The position numbers and the translations under genes were made by a program. A stretch of 64,000 nt of DNA. Origin: an archaeon GW2011_AR15 (GTDB lineage: Archaea; Nanobdellota; Nanobdellia; Woesearchaeales; GW2011-AR15). Below the pieces are notes generated by a model. That model was not told the origin of the DNA. It searched no databases and worked only from the letters and a program-made list of their open reading frames with translations. Positions 18,079 to 27,631 of the stretch are shown here, one piece after another. Position 1 is the stretch's first letter; each line of letters opens with the position of its first letter. The stretch covers positions 1,093,691-1,157,690 of the forward strand of contig CP010425.1 of assembly GCA_000830295.1 (NCBI GenBank), in the 5' to 3' direction.

Positions 18079-19056
18079 TCAGAAATATTTAAGTTTGAAT
18101 AGTACCCATATTGAGATAGAGGAGAAGATAAGCGATATCAGGACAACAATGCCGAATGCATGCGGGGACTGCTGGAAAGGCAGTGGTATGTTCATCCCGT
18201 ATATGCTTGCAATCAGCACAGGGAGCGAGATTATAAGTGTTATTGAAGTAAGGATTTTTATCACGACGTTCAGATTATTCGATATTATTGAGGCAAATGC
18301 ATCCAGAGTATTTGACAATATATTTGAGTAGATATCTGTCATCTGGATTGCCTGGTTTGTCTCATCTATGATTTTTGTAATAAGGTATTCATCCTCATCA
18401 GTCTTCACCCTTATGCCGTATTTTGAAACACCGTACTTGGTCCTTCCGTTTTCCTTGCGGCCTTTCTTCTTGCGCCCCTCCTCAGCAATCCTCTCAATCA
18501 GGATTTTATTTGACTTAAGCGACGTGTTGAAATATACAAAGCTCTTTTCAAGCTGGAGATAATCCATTACCAGTTCGTTTTTTTGTGATTCGGCAAGCTT
18601 GTCCTCAGCATTGTACATCTTGTTTTTAAGATCTAAAAGGTATGCCAGGTAGAGCCTGGCAGAAACCAAAAGCAGCCTGAAAACCAGCTGTGTCTTCCTA
18701 AAAGGAAAGTTCTGGGTCTTGAGTTTTGAAATAGTGTCGTTTTCGAAAAAGCAGATAGTAAGCACAAATTCATTTGTCGAAAATATCCCAAGCGGGACAG
18801 TATAGTATTCCAGATCCTTTCCCAGATTATTATATGGTGTCCTTATGATTATAAAAGTGAACTTCTCATAGTTTTCTATTGCAGGCACTTCATCAATATC
18901 CTTAAGCGATATGAGCAGCTCTTCCGGTATGTCGAGCATTGACTTTATTCTGGTGATTTCGCTTTCAGTCGGCGAGATAACGTTTACCCAGCAGTTTTTT
19001 TCAAGCCTATCTAGAACTTCAAGCTTTTTCTGGGTCGGGCGGAGTATCTCAATCAT
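18079..19056 (-). CDS. corA: CorA family Mg2+/Co2+ transporter
   Basis: SIISNNLN, YGMN signature between two C-terminal TM helices. Confidence 0.92.
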   Translation of the reverse strand: MIEILRPTQKKLEVLDRLEKNCWVNVISPTESEITRIKSMLDIPEELLISLKDIDEVPAIENYEKFTFIIIRTPYNNLGKDLEYYTVPLGIFSTNEFVLTICFFENDTISKLKTQNFPFRKTQLVFRLLLVSARLYLAYLLDLKNKMYNAEDKLAESQKNELVMDYLQLEKSFVYFNTSLKSNKILIERIAEEGRKKKGRKENGRTKYGVSKYGIRVKTDEDEYLITKIIDETNQAIQMTDIYSNILSNTLDAFASIISNNLNVVIKILTSITLIISLPVLIASIYGMNIPLPFQQSPHAFGIVVLISLIFSSISIWVLFKLKYF

Positions 19057-19179
19057 GTGATGCAGGTTATTCCGATGTCCCTTATAAATTTTTCTGCCTG
19101 TAATTTTTCATGCATAATCCCGGAAGCTATCCGGCTTTCCCGTTTATACCAATTTAAAACCCTGCGGTATCTTCATGGC

Positions 19180-20712
19180 ATGGCAGAAAGGAACAGCAGG
19201 AACGAGCTTGCATGGGGGGCTGAAAACCAGGAGAAGCTCAGGAAATCAAAGGTCCTTGTTGCCGGCACAGATATACTCGGCCAGATGGTGCTTGGAGGAC
19301 TTGCGGGACTGGGCATAGGCAGCATACATCTCATGGACAACAGGAGGGTAAGCAGGGGAGATTACGATTTTCTGTGCTCACAGACCAATACAGATATCGG
19401 GCAGAAAAAAACCAGCCATATCAGAAGCACGCTGGAAAGCATAAATCCTTCTATCGATGCGGTTGTAGCTATCCATTCCAGATTCTCTGAAGCCCTGGCC
19501 TATCCTCTCCGGCCGGATATAATAGTGGACGCGACTAACGACCGGCTAACAAAGAAAAAGACTTCTGAATATGCAGCCAAGTACAGGATTCCTGTTATAT
19601 CTGCCTCTTCAGGGAGTTCAAAAGCTGCTGTTTCTGTTTTTTCTCCGGCTAGGAAAATAAAACCAATGCACAGCTCTGCTGACCTTGATTCCCTTCTCAT
19701 GGATGAATTCTATAAAGAGACGCAGTCTCCTGTGGCGGGCGGGGTCATAGCAGGGATTGCATGCGAGGAAGTGAGGAAGCAGATATTTGCGTATGATAAA
19801 AAAGATACTCCCCTCCAAAACAGGAAAAAAATCATGTATAACCTGAATTCTGAGTCCAGGACAGGAGTTTCTGAACCACAAAACATAGCTTCGTATTTCA
19901 GGCACAGGAAAATGCTGGTTGCCGGGGCAGGGGGCATTGGAACTTTTGTATGCCTTAATCTTGCTCTGCTTGGTGTAGGCTCTATTGATATAGTGGATTT
20001 TGATTCTGTCGAAGAGCACAACCTGAACAGGCAGCTCCTTTTCTACGGCAGGCAGGGTGAGCTGAAGGCTGAAGTGATGGCTGGCAGGATAGCCCTAATA
20101 GACCCTCATGCAGATGCTTCTGCTTTTTCCGCCAGGGTTGGGAAGATAGACATGAAAAAGGACAGGCCATGGCTGGAAGAGCTGTATGAGACAGACAGGA
20201 AGCTGTGGGAGCAGGAAGACGATAATACAAGAGAGCCTGATTATCCTGGGTTTGAGGATTATGTAAAAAAGAATTTCGGCTATCAAAAGGACAGGCTGCT
20301 TGATGAGAAGATCGCAGAAAAAGGCTATGATATGATTTTCGGCTGCCTTGACAACAAGTATGCAAGAATATGGCTCAACAATTTCTCTGTTAATAACAAA
20401 ATACCCTATATTGACGGCGGAACCGCTGCCAGATCCGGCCAGGTTGCTGTGTATGTTCCCGGAAACACAAGCTGCGTGGACTGCCAGCTCGACCTGAAGC
20501 ATCTCAAAAGGATTCCCATGCACTGCCATGAGGCAGATGCCAGCGTGGTCATGTCAAATATGGTTATAGGAAGCGCAATGGTCGGCGAGGCAGTAAGGAT
20601 ATTTTCCGGTGCAGCCCCCCTGAACGGGATTCTGAGATATGACCCCTTCTCTGATTCGCGGCTGTATATAGATAATAAAAGAACAAGGTTTGCAAAAAAA
20701 CACGGGTGCTGA
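19180..20712 (+). CDS. Tandem ThiF-domain E1-like (ubiquitin-activating-like) enzyme
   Basis: Domain 1 degenerate (VAGTDILG, DATND); domain 2 intact (GAGGIG, DFDSVEEHNLNRQ, CLDN, CVDC, IPMHC); start set at ATG 19180 after TTTAAAA. Confidence 0.85.
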   Translation: MAERNSRNELAWGAENQEKLRKSKVLVAGTDILGQMVLGGLAGLGIGSIHLMDNRRVSRGDYDFLCSQTNTDIGQKKTSHIRSTLESINPSIDAVVAIHSRFSEALAYPLRPDIIVDATNDRLTKKKTSEYAAKYRIPVISASSGSSKAAVSVFSPARKIKPMHSSADLDSLLMDEFYKETQSPVAGGVIAGIACEEVRKQIFAYDKKDTPLQNRKKIMYNLNSESRTGVSEPQNIASYFRHRKMLVAGAGGIGTFVCLNLALLGVGSIDIVDFDSVEEHNLNRQLLFYGRQGELKAEVMAGRIALIDPHADASAFSARVGKIDMKKDRPWLEELYETDRKLWEQEDDNTREPDYPGFEDYVKKNFGYQKDRLLDEKIAEKGYDMIFGCLDNKYARIWLNNFSVNNKIPYIDGGTAARSGQVAVYVPGNTSCVDCQLDLKHLKRIPMHCHEADASVVMSNMVIGSAMVGEAVRIFSGAAPLNGILRYDPFSDSRLYIDNKRTRFAKKHGC

Positions 20713-20715
20713 AAA

Positions 20716-21816
20716 ATGAAACTGCTTGATGATATACTCAGTAAATATTTTTACAAAACTGCAGGCTCTTCTGGCTCTGATGCCTATGATTCGTCAAGAC
20801 CTGATTATTCTGAGAGGTTCAATTTAAGGGATGACGGTCCGGAGTATATCATGAAGATGCAGAGATATCAGTACAGGTTCAGGGAGTGTCTTGAATCCAG
20901 GCTTGAAAACCCGTCTGAGCCCGGAGAATACAGCAGCAGGATGATAAAGAGCACGGCAGCAATGACAGAGTTCTGTAATGACTATGGCTTTGACGTATCT
21001 TCCTATATCAGGAGCCGCGCGTTTAATGAAAGGAGAGAGCTGCTGAAAGAAAAGCTCAGGAGGAGGATTGCCAGAGATTCCAACAGGGAGATAGACAAGA
21101 CAGTTGCAGATGCTGCAAAGAGCATTAAGATAACAGATTACGCCCTGAAAAAAGCGAATTATGCTGCAAGAAAAATTTCAGAGCTTTCATCAAAAGCAGG
21201 GAAGCGCGGTTCGTACGAACTAGGCATGTACATGCTGAGCAGCTCTTTAAAGAATGACGATGATGTCGTGACTGATATTTATGTTGCACAGGAGCAGGTT
21301 GTGACCCAGGGCAGGTGCAACATAACCCCTGAGGGTGTGATGAAGTCGCTGAGAGATACAAAAAAATCAGGGAAGAGGATAATAGGCTGGGCCCATTCCC
21401 ACGGCGGCTTCAGCACATTCTTCTCAGCAGAGGATGATGAAACCCTTCTCGGCAGGAAAAATATAGCAGAGAGCTCTTTTTTCCCGATGTTCCTTGAGAA
21501 AAAGGTTAAGGGGCATTTAGCGCCTGATGATGTGGTAAAATATTTCCTTGCACTTGTGGTAAATGAGAAGAACGATGAGCCGGCCTACAGGATAGTGGCT
21601 GTCAAGCCGAGGTATTTTGTTGAAAACGGGAGACTCAGGAAAAAGACAGAAGTAATAGACCTTGAGAGGACTATATCAGAAAACAGCGGGGAGAACTGGC
21701 CTGCTGCTGAGATAGCGGAAGAGAAAAGCAGGGAAATTGATGCAGAGATAGCCGGCCGCGTAAAGTTCCAGGACGGCACAAGATTAAGTGATTATCAGCC
21801 TGTTGTGACTGAATAA
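20716..21816 (+). CDS. JAB/MPN+ (JAMM) metalloprotease with N-terminal helical extension
   Basis: YELGMYML...IIGWAHSHGGFSTFFSAED = E..HxHx7SxxD; 3 bp after the E1 stop. Confidence 0.85.
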   Translation: MKLLDDILSKYFYKTAGSSGSDAYDSSRPDYSERFNLRDDGPEYIMKMQRYQYRFRECLESRLENPSEPGEYSSRMIKSTAAMTEFCNDYGFDVSSYIRSRAFNERRELLKEKLRRRIARDSNREIDKTVADAAKSIKITDYALKKANYAARKISELSSKAGKRGSYELGMYMLSSSLKNDDDVVTDIYVAQEQVVTQGRCNITPEGVMKSLRDTKKSGKRIIGWAHSHGGFSTFFSAEDDETLLGRKNIAESSFFPMFLEKKVKGHLAPDDVVKYFLALVVNEKNDEPAYRIVAVKPRYFVENGRLRKKTEVIDLERTISENSGENWPAAEIAEEKSREIDAEIAGRVKFQDGTRLSDYQPVVTE

Positions 21817-23015
21817 GGCGTGCCGTAAATCCCAAGGTGGTTGGCAACTGGCCTGCCTCCCAGTTCCGCTGTATAGACAATGCCGCCTTTGTTCTCTATA
21901 ATCAGTGAGCTGGATCCCCCACCGTCCATATTGATTGCATGGCTTGCCTGGTTTTCCAGCAGTATATATGCAAGCTCCCTGAAATTGAGCCCTGGCATAT
22001 CTCCTGTATCCCCTACTGATATAACAAGTACAAGATGCTCATTCTCTTCATCCAGGCCTATTGATGTCCTCGGCCTTCTTGTCTCATACCCATCCTTGTG
22101 GTCAGGATGGCCCTTGTCCTTAACTTTTGCATTCACATCTCCTTTTACCACCAGTGTTGTCGAGCCTGAGATTGCATTGTAAACCACATTAGGCCTTTTT
22201 CCGATGCTGACTTCATTGTCTTCTGAGATGAAGATTGGCACTTCCCCTGAATCTTCCGGCCTTTCTGCATACAGGTCTCCGAGCGAGGCTGCCAGCCCTG
22301 CAACATCTGCGTTCGAGCTGTATACTGTGCCAGGAGGCCAGGGCCACTGGTCGCCGTTGATTGCTATCTGCACTCTCTGCTGCCTCTGGAAATCAATAGC
22401 CGGCTGCAGGCCTGTCTGATGAGGGGTCACAAGGAAGCTTGTCCCCGGGTCTCTTAATGCAATCTTTACGACGTAATAGTGCACAGGGAATCCCTCTTCT
22501 GTGATATAATCATCTTCCTTGTAGATTATATTCCTGTAAATCATCTCAAAGCCCTCGGGGATTTCCACTTTTTTGTAGTCCAGCTCCCTGTGCTCGAATG
22601 CCTCAAAGCTTGTTTTCTGCTCTGCTTTTGACAGCTCTATAGGGAAATCCAGGTATACAAAGAGGTTATTGCCTATGAATTCTGCTTCATAAGCTGGAGT
22701 CTGGTAATTTACGTTGTATTCCTTTTCTTTAAAGGTTTTAAAATCGTCAATGCAATCCATGTAGTGGTCTTTGAGATAGTCTTCCACTAATTCCGGGTCG
22801 TCAACAACCCACAGCTTCTCTTTCAGCTCCAATACTGTGAAATGCACGCACCCTGTCACGTAATCCTTTAATGATTCTTTTGTCTGAGTGAACAAAACTG
22901 CCTCTTCCCCCTCGTTCCGGAGGCTGTTAGGGTCTAAGGTGATGATGAATGCCACAATGAAGACCAGGAGAAGCCCTATTATAACGAATGCAGACGTCAT
23001 CCCTCTTTTGTCCAT
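21795..23015 (-). CDS. Exported phosphodiester glycosidase (NAGPA-like) domain protein
   Basis: N-terminal KRG plus hydrophobic helix; AINGD, RPRTSIG, AINMDGGGSS, RPVAN. Confidence 0.8.
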   Translation of the reverse strand: MDKRGMTSAFVIIGLLLVFIVAFIITLDPNSLRNEGEEAVLFTQTKESLKDYVTGCVHFTVLELKEKLWVVDDPELVEDYLKDHYMDCIDDFKTFKEKEYNVNYQTPAYEAEFIGNNLFVYLDFPIELSKAEQKTSFEAFEHRELDYKKVEIPEGFEMIYRNIIYKEDDYITEEGFPVHYYVVKIALRDPGTSFLVTPHQTGLQPAIDFQRQQRVQIAINGDQWPWPPGTVYSSNADVAGLAASLGDLYAERPEDSGEVPIFISEDNEVSIGKRPNVVYNAISGSTTLVVKGDVNAKVKDKGHPDHKDGYETRRPRTSIGLDEENEHLVLVISVGDTGDMPGLNFRELAYILLENQASHAINMDGGGSSSLIIENKGGIVYTAELGGRPVANHLGIYGTPYSVTTG

Positions 23016-23089
23016 GCAGGGTTTAGAGAAGGGGTGGTATATAAAGTTTGTTCAAAAAGATATTTATATTAGGGTTGCATATTGTCTTT

Positions 23090-23269
23090 GTGGTTAACAA
23101 AGAGCTGCTGAAATCACTCGGGTTTCTCGTACTGCTTTCTATCGGCTTTCCTTTAATCATGATACCCATATTCGAGAGTGTTCTGTACGGCATACTTGTC
23201 GGCCTGCTATTGGCATTCTTCGGGTTTGTGGTTATGTTGTTTTTTAAGAGTGATTCGGGGAAGCGTTAA
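23090..23269 (+). CDS. Small 2-TM membrane protein
   Basis: Two hydrophobic helices; GTG start after TTTATATT. Confidence 0.5.
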   Translation: MVNKELLKSLGFLVLLSIGFPLIMIPIFESVLYGILVGLLLAFFGFVVMLFFKSDSGKR

Positions 23270-23355
23270 GCTTATCATTACAGCAACCTTTATAAATGAC
23301 CACTGATTTTCCTGTAGCAGAGAGAGAAAAAACCGATTAGATCACTTTCTCAAGA

Positions 23356-23697
23356 GTGGCGGAGATGAAAGGAAAACCACTATTGCCTACATTAAGGATA
23401 AAAAAAAGATATGTCGTGTATGAGGTTGTCTCAGAGCAGGCTATAGACTCAAGGGAGGCTGTAAAGGCCATCATAGAGTCATATGCAAAGTGCTTCGGCA
23501 CATTCGGGCTTGCTGAAGCAGGAATACTCGACACAAGGATATATGCGGGCAGCAGGGGAATGCTCAAGATAAACCACAGATACGTAGATAACCTGAGGGC
23601 AGCAATGGCCATGATAAAAACAATAAACACCCAAAAAGTCATCATAAGGACCGCAGCTGTCTCGGGAATACTAAGAAAAGCAAAATTAAAGTTATAA
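23356..23697 (+). CDS. rnp2: RNase P protein component 2 (Pop5/Rpp14)
   Basis: LPTLRIKKRYVVYEV, VSGILRKA; precedes psmA. Confidence 0.9.
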   Translation: MAEMKGKPLLPTLRIKKRYVVYEVVSEQAIDSREAVKAIIESYAKCFGTFGLAEAGILDTRIYAGSRGMLKINHRYVDNLRAAMAMIKTINTQKVIIRTAAVSGILRKAKLKL

Positions 23698-23709
23698 GGA
23701 GGTCACAAA

Positions 23710-24426
23710 ATGCAACCACTACAGCACCAGATGATGGGTTATGATAGGGCAATTACAATGTTCTCTCCTGACGGGAGGTTATTGCAGGTAGAATATGCAA
23801 AGAAAACAGTAAGGCAGGGCAGCACTGCAATCGGAATAGTCTGCACTGACGGAATAATCCTTGTCACTGACAAGAGGATTGTCGACAAATTGATAGTCCC
23901 TGAGTCCGTCGAGAAGATATGGAAAATAGACGAGCACATAGGCGTCACAGCCTCAGGAATAATAAGCGACGGCAGGGTGCTTATAGAAAGGGCGCAGGTA
24001 TTGGCGCAGCAGCACAAGGTGACATACGACTCACCTATTGATATAATATCCATTGTAAAGGATGTCGCAAACCTGAAGCAGTGGACAACGCAGTCAGGAG
24101 GGTACAGGCCTTTCGGCGTCTCACTGCTGATAGCAGGCGTTGACAACGGCACTCCGAAATTATACGAGACAGACCCGACAGGAATATATTTCCAGTACAA
24201 GGCAACTGTGATAGGGGAAGGCGAGCCACAGGTCGAGGAAGTGCTTTACAAGGAATACAAGGAAAGCATGAACATGGAAGACGGCTTCAGGCTGGCAATG
24301 AGATGCCTCAAGAAAGCCCTTGACAAGAATTTTGACACTGAAAGGGTGGATGCGGCATTTATTTCCCTGAAGGACCAGAAATTCACAAAGGTGAAAAAGG
24401 AGAAACTTCTTGCATACGCAAAATGA
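23710..24426 (+). CDS. psmA: Proteasome alpha subunit
   Basis: GYDRAITMFSPDGRLLQVEYA, RPFGVSLL, ETDPTG. Confidence 0.97.
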   Translation: MQPLQHQMMGYDRAITMFSPDGRLLQVEYAKKTVRQGSTAIGIVCTDGIILVTDKRIVDKLIVPESVEKIWKIDEHIGVTASGIISDGRVLIERAQVLAQQHKVTYDSPIDIISIVKDVANLKQWTTQSGGYRPFGVSLLIAGVDNGTPKLYETDPTGIYFQYKATVIGEGEPQVEEVLYKEYKESMNMEDGFRLAMRCLKKALDKNFDTERVDAAFISLKDQKFTKVKKEKLLAYAK

Positions 24427-25136
24427 AGCCGACAGGTGTAATAGAAAAGGAAAGGATATCCCTCAACCTAGCCAAGCTGAAAAAGGGCGGGGAGCACTTC
24501 GAGGTAATCATAGACCCTGACAAGATTGTGCTTTACAGGAGCAAAAAGGCAGCTGCCAGGGAAGTCCTTATGTATGAAAAGATTTTCTCAGACGCAAAAA
24601 AAGGCTTTGAGGCTTCTTCTGAGCTTATCGGGAATGTGTTCGGCACAAATGACATACTGAAAGTGGCCGAGACAATCCTGAATGAGGGCGAAATACAGTT
24701 CACCCAGGAATACAGGGACAATAAGAGGAAGGAAAAGCTGAACAGAATAATAGACATGATCACAAGGAACGCGCTTGACCCTGTTTCAGGCCTGCCGCAT
24801 CCGAGGACAAGGATAGTGGCTGCAATGGAAGAGGCAAAAGTGAGGATTGATGATTTTAAGAGCGCTGAAGACCAGATAAACGATATAGTATCAAAGCTGA
24901 AGCCCATAATCCCGATAAAAATAGGGATGAAGGAGATACATGTGAGGATTCCCACACAGTATGCGGGGAAATCATATTCAACTGTAGAGAAATTCGGCAG
25001 GATACTTAACGACAGCTGGCTTACGGACGGCTCATGGGCGTGCACTGTCGAGATTCCGGCAGGGCTGCAGAACGATTTTTTCGACGCCTTAAACAAGCTG
25101 ACACACGGGTCAGTAGAATCAAAAATTTTGAAATAA
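24423..25136 (+). CDS. Ribosome maturation factor SBDS/Sdo1
   Basis: GEHFEVII, IFSDAKKG, GEIQFT, PHPRTRI. Confidence 0.95.
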   Translation: MKPTGVIEKERISLNLAKLKKGGEHFEVIIDPDKIVLYRSKKAAAREVLMYEKIFSDAKKGFEASSELIGNVFGTNDILKVAETILNEGEIQFTQEYRDNKRKEKLNRIIDMITRNALDPVSGLPHPRTRIVAAMEEAKVRIDDFKSAEDQINDIVSKLKPIIPIKIGMKEIHVRIPTQYAGKSYSTVEKFGRILNDSWLTDGSWACTVEIPAGLQNDFFDALNKLTHGSVESKILK

Positions 25137-25152
25137 ACGGTGAAACAAAAAA

Positions 25153-25893
25153 ATGGATAAAACAAACTTAAAAATAAATGATAAAGATGTTGTTGTTCCC
25201 GGTGAGATACTGGCAGAAGGAATGGATTACCTGCCGAGCCAGGGGACATACAGGAAGGATAACCATGTTATCGCTTCAATGCTGGGACTGGCAAGGATAG
25301 AGGGGAAAGTCATAAAGATAATCCCTCTCTCAGGAAACTATCTCCCCAAAAGAGGGGACGTGATAGTGGGAAAAGTGGCTGACATTAATTTCAGCGGATG
25401 GTCTGTTGAGACAAACTCCGCATATGCAGCAATGCTTTCCATGAAAGACGCAACCTCTGACTACATAAGGAGGGGGGAAGACCTTACAAAGTACTTCAAT
25501 ATAGGCGACTATATTGTCACAAAGATATACAACGTGACAAGCCAGAACCTGATTGACCTTACAATGAAAGGCCCCGGGCTGAGGAAGCTTACAACAGGAA
25601 GGATAATGAAAGTCGCCTCACCAAAAGTCCCAAGGATAATCGGGAAGCAGGGCTCAATGGTGAGCATGATAAAGAAAGCAACAAACTGCAATATAATTGT
25701 CGGGCAGAACGGCGTAGTCTGGATAAAGGGATTGAACCCTGAGGACGAGCTTATAACTGTCGAGACAATAAAGAAGATAGAAGACGAAAGCCATGTCTCC
25801 GGGCTTACAGGAATCATACAGAAATTCCTGGAAAGCAAGGGCCGGAAGGCAGTTTTGGAAACAGTAACAGAAGAAACTACAGGTGAGGCTTAA
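25153..25893 (+). CDS. rrp4: Exosome subunit Rrp4
   Basis: VVVPGE, YLPKRGDVIVG, PRIIGKQGSM, GQNGVVW. Confidence 0.96.
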   Translation: MDKTNLKINDKDVVVPGEILAEGMDYLPSQGTYRKDNHVIASMLGLARIEGKVIKIIPLSGNYLPKRGDVIVGKVADINFSGWSVETNSAYAAMLSMKDATSDYIRRGEDLTKYFNIGDYIVTKIYNVTSQNLIDLTMKGPGLRKLTTGRIMKVASPKVPRIIGKQGSMVSMIKKATNCNIIVGQNGVVWIKGLNPEDELITVETIKKIEDESHVSGLTGIIQKFLESKGRKAVLETVTEETTGEA

Positions 25894-26603
25894 TGGTTTA
25901 CAAGAAAAGACTTGACGGAAGGAAATTTGACGAGCTAAGGGAAATAGAAGCAAAAGTCGGCGTGATACAGAACGCCACAGGCTCAGCATATTTCAGGATT
26001 GGAAAGACTGTTGCATACGCAGCTGTTTACGGCCCAAGGGAACTCTATCCGAGATTCATGCAGGACCCTAAAAAAGGGCTGCTGAGATGCAACTACAACA
26101 TGCTTCCCTTCTCAGGCTCAGGCGAAAGAGTAAGGCCGGGTCCGAGCAGGAGAAGCAGGGAAATCTCGCTGGTGACAGACAAGGCATTGCTGCCTGTTGT
26201 TGACCTTGAGCAGTTCCCGAACTCTGTAGTGGATGTTTTCATAGAGCTTCCGCAGACAGACGCAGGCTCAAGATGTGCAGGCATATGCGCAGCCTCAATG
26301 GCTCTTGCTGACGCAGGCATAATAATGAAGGACCTTGTAGGAGCTGTCAGCGCAGGGGTAGTGGACGGCCAGGTAGTGCTGGACCTGAACTATGACGAAG
26401 AAGCTTACGAGGAAGGGGATGTCGCAGACATACCTGTCGCATACATACCAAGCCTTGACAAGTTCTCGCTGCTGCAGATGGACGGCAAGGTAAAAAAAGA
26501 AGACCTTGTAAAAGCCCTTGAGATGGCAAAAAAGGGTGCCATGCATATCATAGAAGTGCAGAAGAAAGCGCTTAAATCAAAATTTGAGGTTAGCAGAAAA
26601 TGA
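25893..26603 (+). CDS. rrp41: Exosome subunit Rrp41
   Basis: RLDGRKFDELR, AVYGPRE, RRSREIS, DAGSR, LQMDG. Confidence 0.96.
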   Translation: MVYKKRLDGRKFDELREIEAKVGVIQNATGSAYFRIGKTVAYAAVYGPRELYPRFMQDPKKGLLRCNYNMLPFSGSGERVRPGPSRRSREISLVTDKALLPVVDLEQFPNSVVDVFIELPQTDAGSRCAGICAASMALADAGIIMKDLVGAVSAGVVDGQVVLDLNYDEEAYEEGDVADIPVAYIPSLDKFSLLQMDGKVKKEDLVKALEMAKKGAMHIIEVQKKALKSKFEVSRK

Positions 26604-27373
26604 ACAAAGAAAAACAAGATCACGTCCTGAATTACCTTAACAAGAATGTGAGGTATGACGGAAGAAAAAAAGACGAGTACAGGAAAATCACAGTTGAAAC
26701 CGGGATAGCTGCAACAGCAGAAGGCTCTGCAAAAGTAACAATTGGTGAGACTGTTGTGCTGGCAGGAGTCAAGTTTGAAGTCGGCGCCCCATATCCGGAT
26801 CAGCTGGACAAGGGGACAATGATGGTGAACGCCGAGCTGCTTCCGATGAGCAACCCCAGGTTCGAATCAGGCCCTCCGAACATTGAATCAATAGAGCTTG
26901 CCCGTGTCGTTGACAGGGGAATAAGGGAGTCAAATGCAATCGACTACAAAAAGCTCTGCATAAAAGAAGGGGAGCTTGTATGGACTGTCATAGTTGACAT
27001 AACCCCTCTGAATGCTGACGGCAATCTTTTTGACGCATCTGCGCTTGCAGTGCTGCTTGCGATAAAAGACGCAAAAATGCCGAAGCTGAAGGACAACAAG
27101 ATAGATTACAAGTCAAAGACAGACCAGAAAGTCCCTATGCTTGAGGAACCCATATCAGTAACAGTTCTCAAAATAGGAAACCATTATATTGTGGACCCTG
27201 TTTCTGATGAGGAAGATGTCCTTGATGCAAGGCTGACAGTTGCCCTTACAAAGGACAACACAATCTGCGCCCTGCAGAAAGGCGGCGAGCAGCCTCTTTC
27301 AGAAAAGGAGATTGAGGAGATGGTTGACCTTGCTGTCAGGAAATCCAAAGAGCTGAGAGGATACTTAAGGTGA
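26600..27373 (+). CDS. rrp42: Exosome subunit Rrp42
   Basis: [36 protein letters not shown]. Confidence 0.96.
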   Translation: MNKEKQDHVLNYLNKNVRYDGRKKDEYRKITVETGIAATAEGSAKVTIGETVVLAGVKFEVGAPYPDQLDKGTMMVNAELLPMSNPRFESGPPNIESIELARVVDRGIRESNAIDYKKLCIKEGELVWTVIVDITPLNADGNLFDASALAVLLAIKDAKMPKLKDNKIDYKSKTDQKVPMLEEPISVTVLKIGNHYIVDPVSDEEDVLDARLTVALTKDNTICALQKGGEQPLSEKEIEEMVDLAVRKSKELRGYLR

Positions 27374-27378
27374 AGGCA

Positions 27379-27609
27379 ATGGCAGAAGAGGAAATGAATT
27401 ACACAAAATACGAAAGAGCCAGGATGATCGGCGCAAGGGCACTGCAGCTTGCAATGGGGGCCCCTTTCATGATAAAGCTTTCAAAAAAAGAGATTGAAGA
27501 CATGAAATACAATCCCATCAAGATAGCAACGCTCGAGTTCGAGAAAAAACTTATTCCTATAGCTATCAGAAGGCCTTTGCCTGACACAAGAAGGAAAGCA
27601 GAAGCTTAG
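27379..27609 (+). CDS. rpoK: DNA-directed RNA polymerase subunit K (Rpo6)
   Basis: [31 protein letters not shown]. Confidence 0.95.
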   Translation: MAEEEMNYTKYERARMIGARALQLAMGAPFMIKLSKKEIEDMKYNPIKIATLEFEKKLIPIAIRRPLPDTRRKAEA

Positions 27610-27631
27610 ATTTCTGGTTTATTTTTCTGGT

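Noticed and set aside
24533-25249. Long antisense ORFs (e.g. 238 aa here; also 27989-28663, 36770-37363, 51222-51839, 55139-55732)
   Set aside because: They lie opposite longer, better-supported genes, are mostly Ser/Phe/Leu-rich shadows of the sense codon bias, and have no motifs
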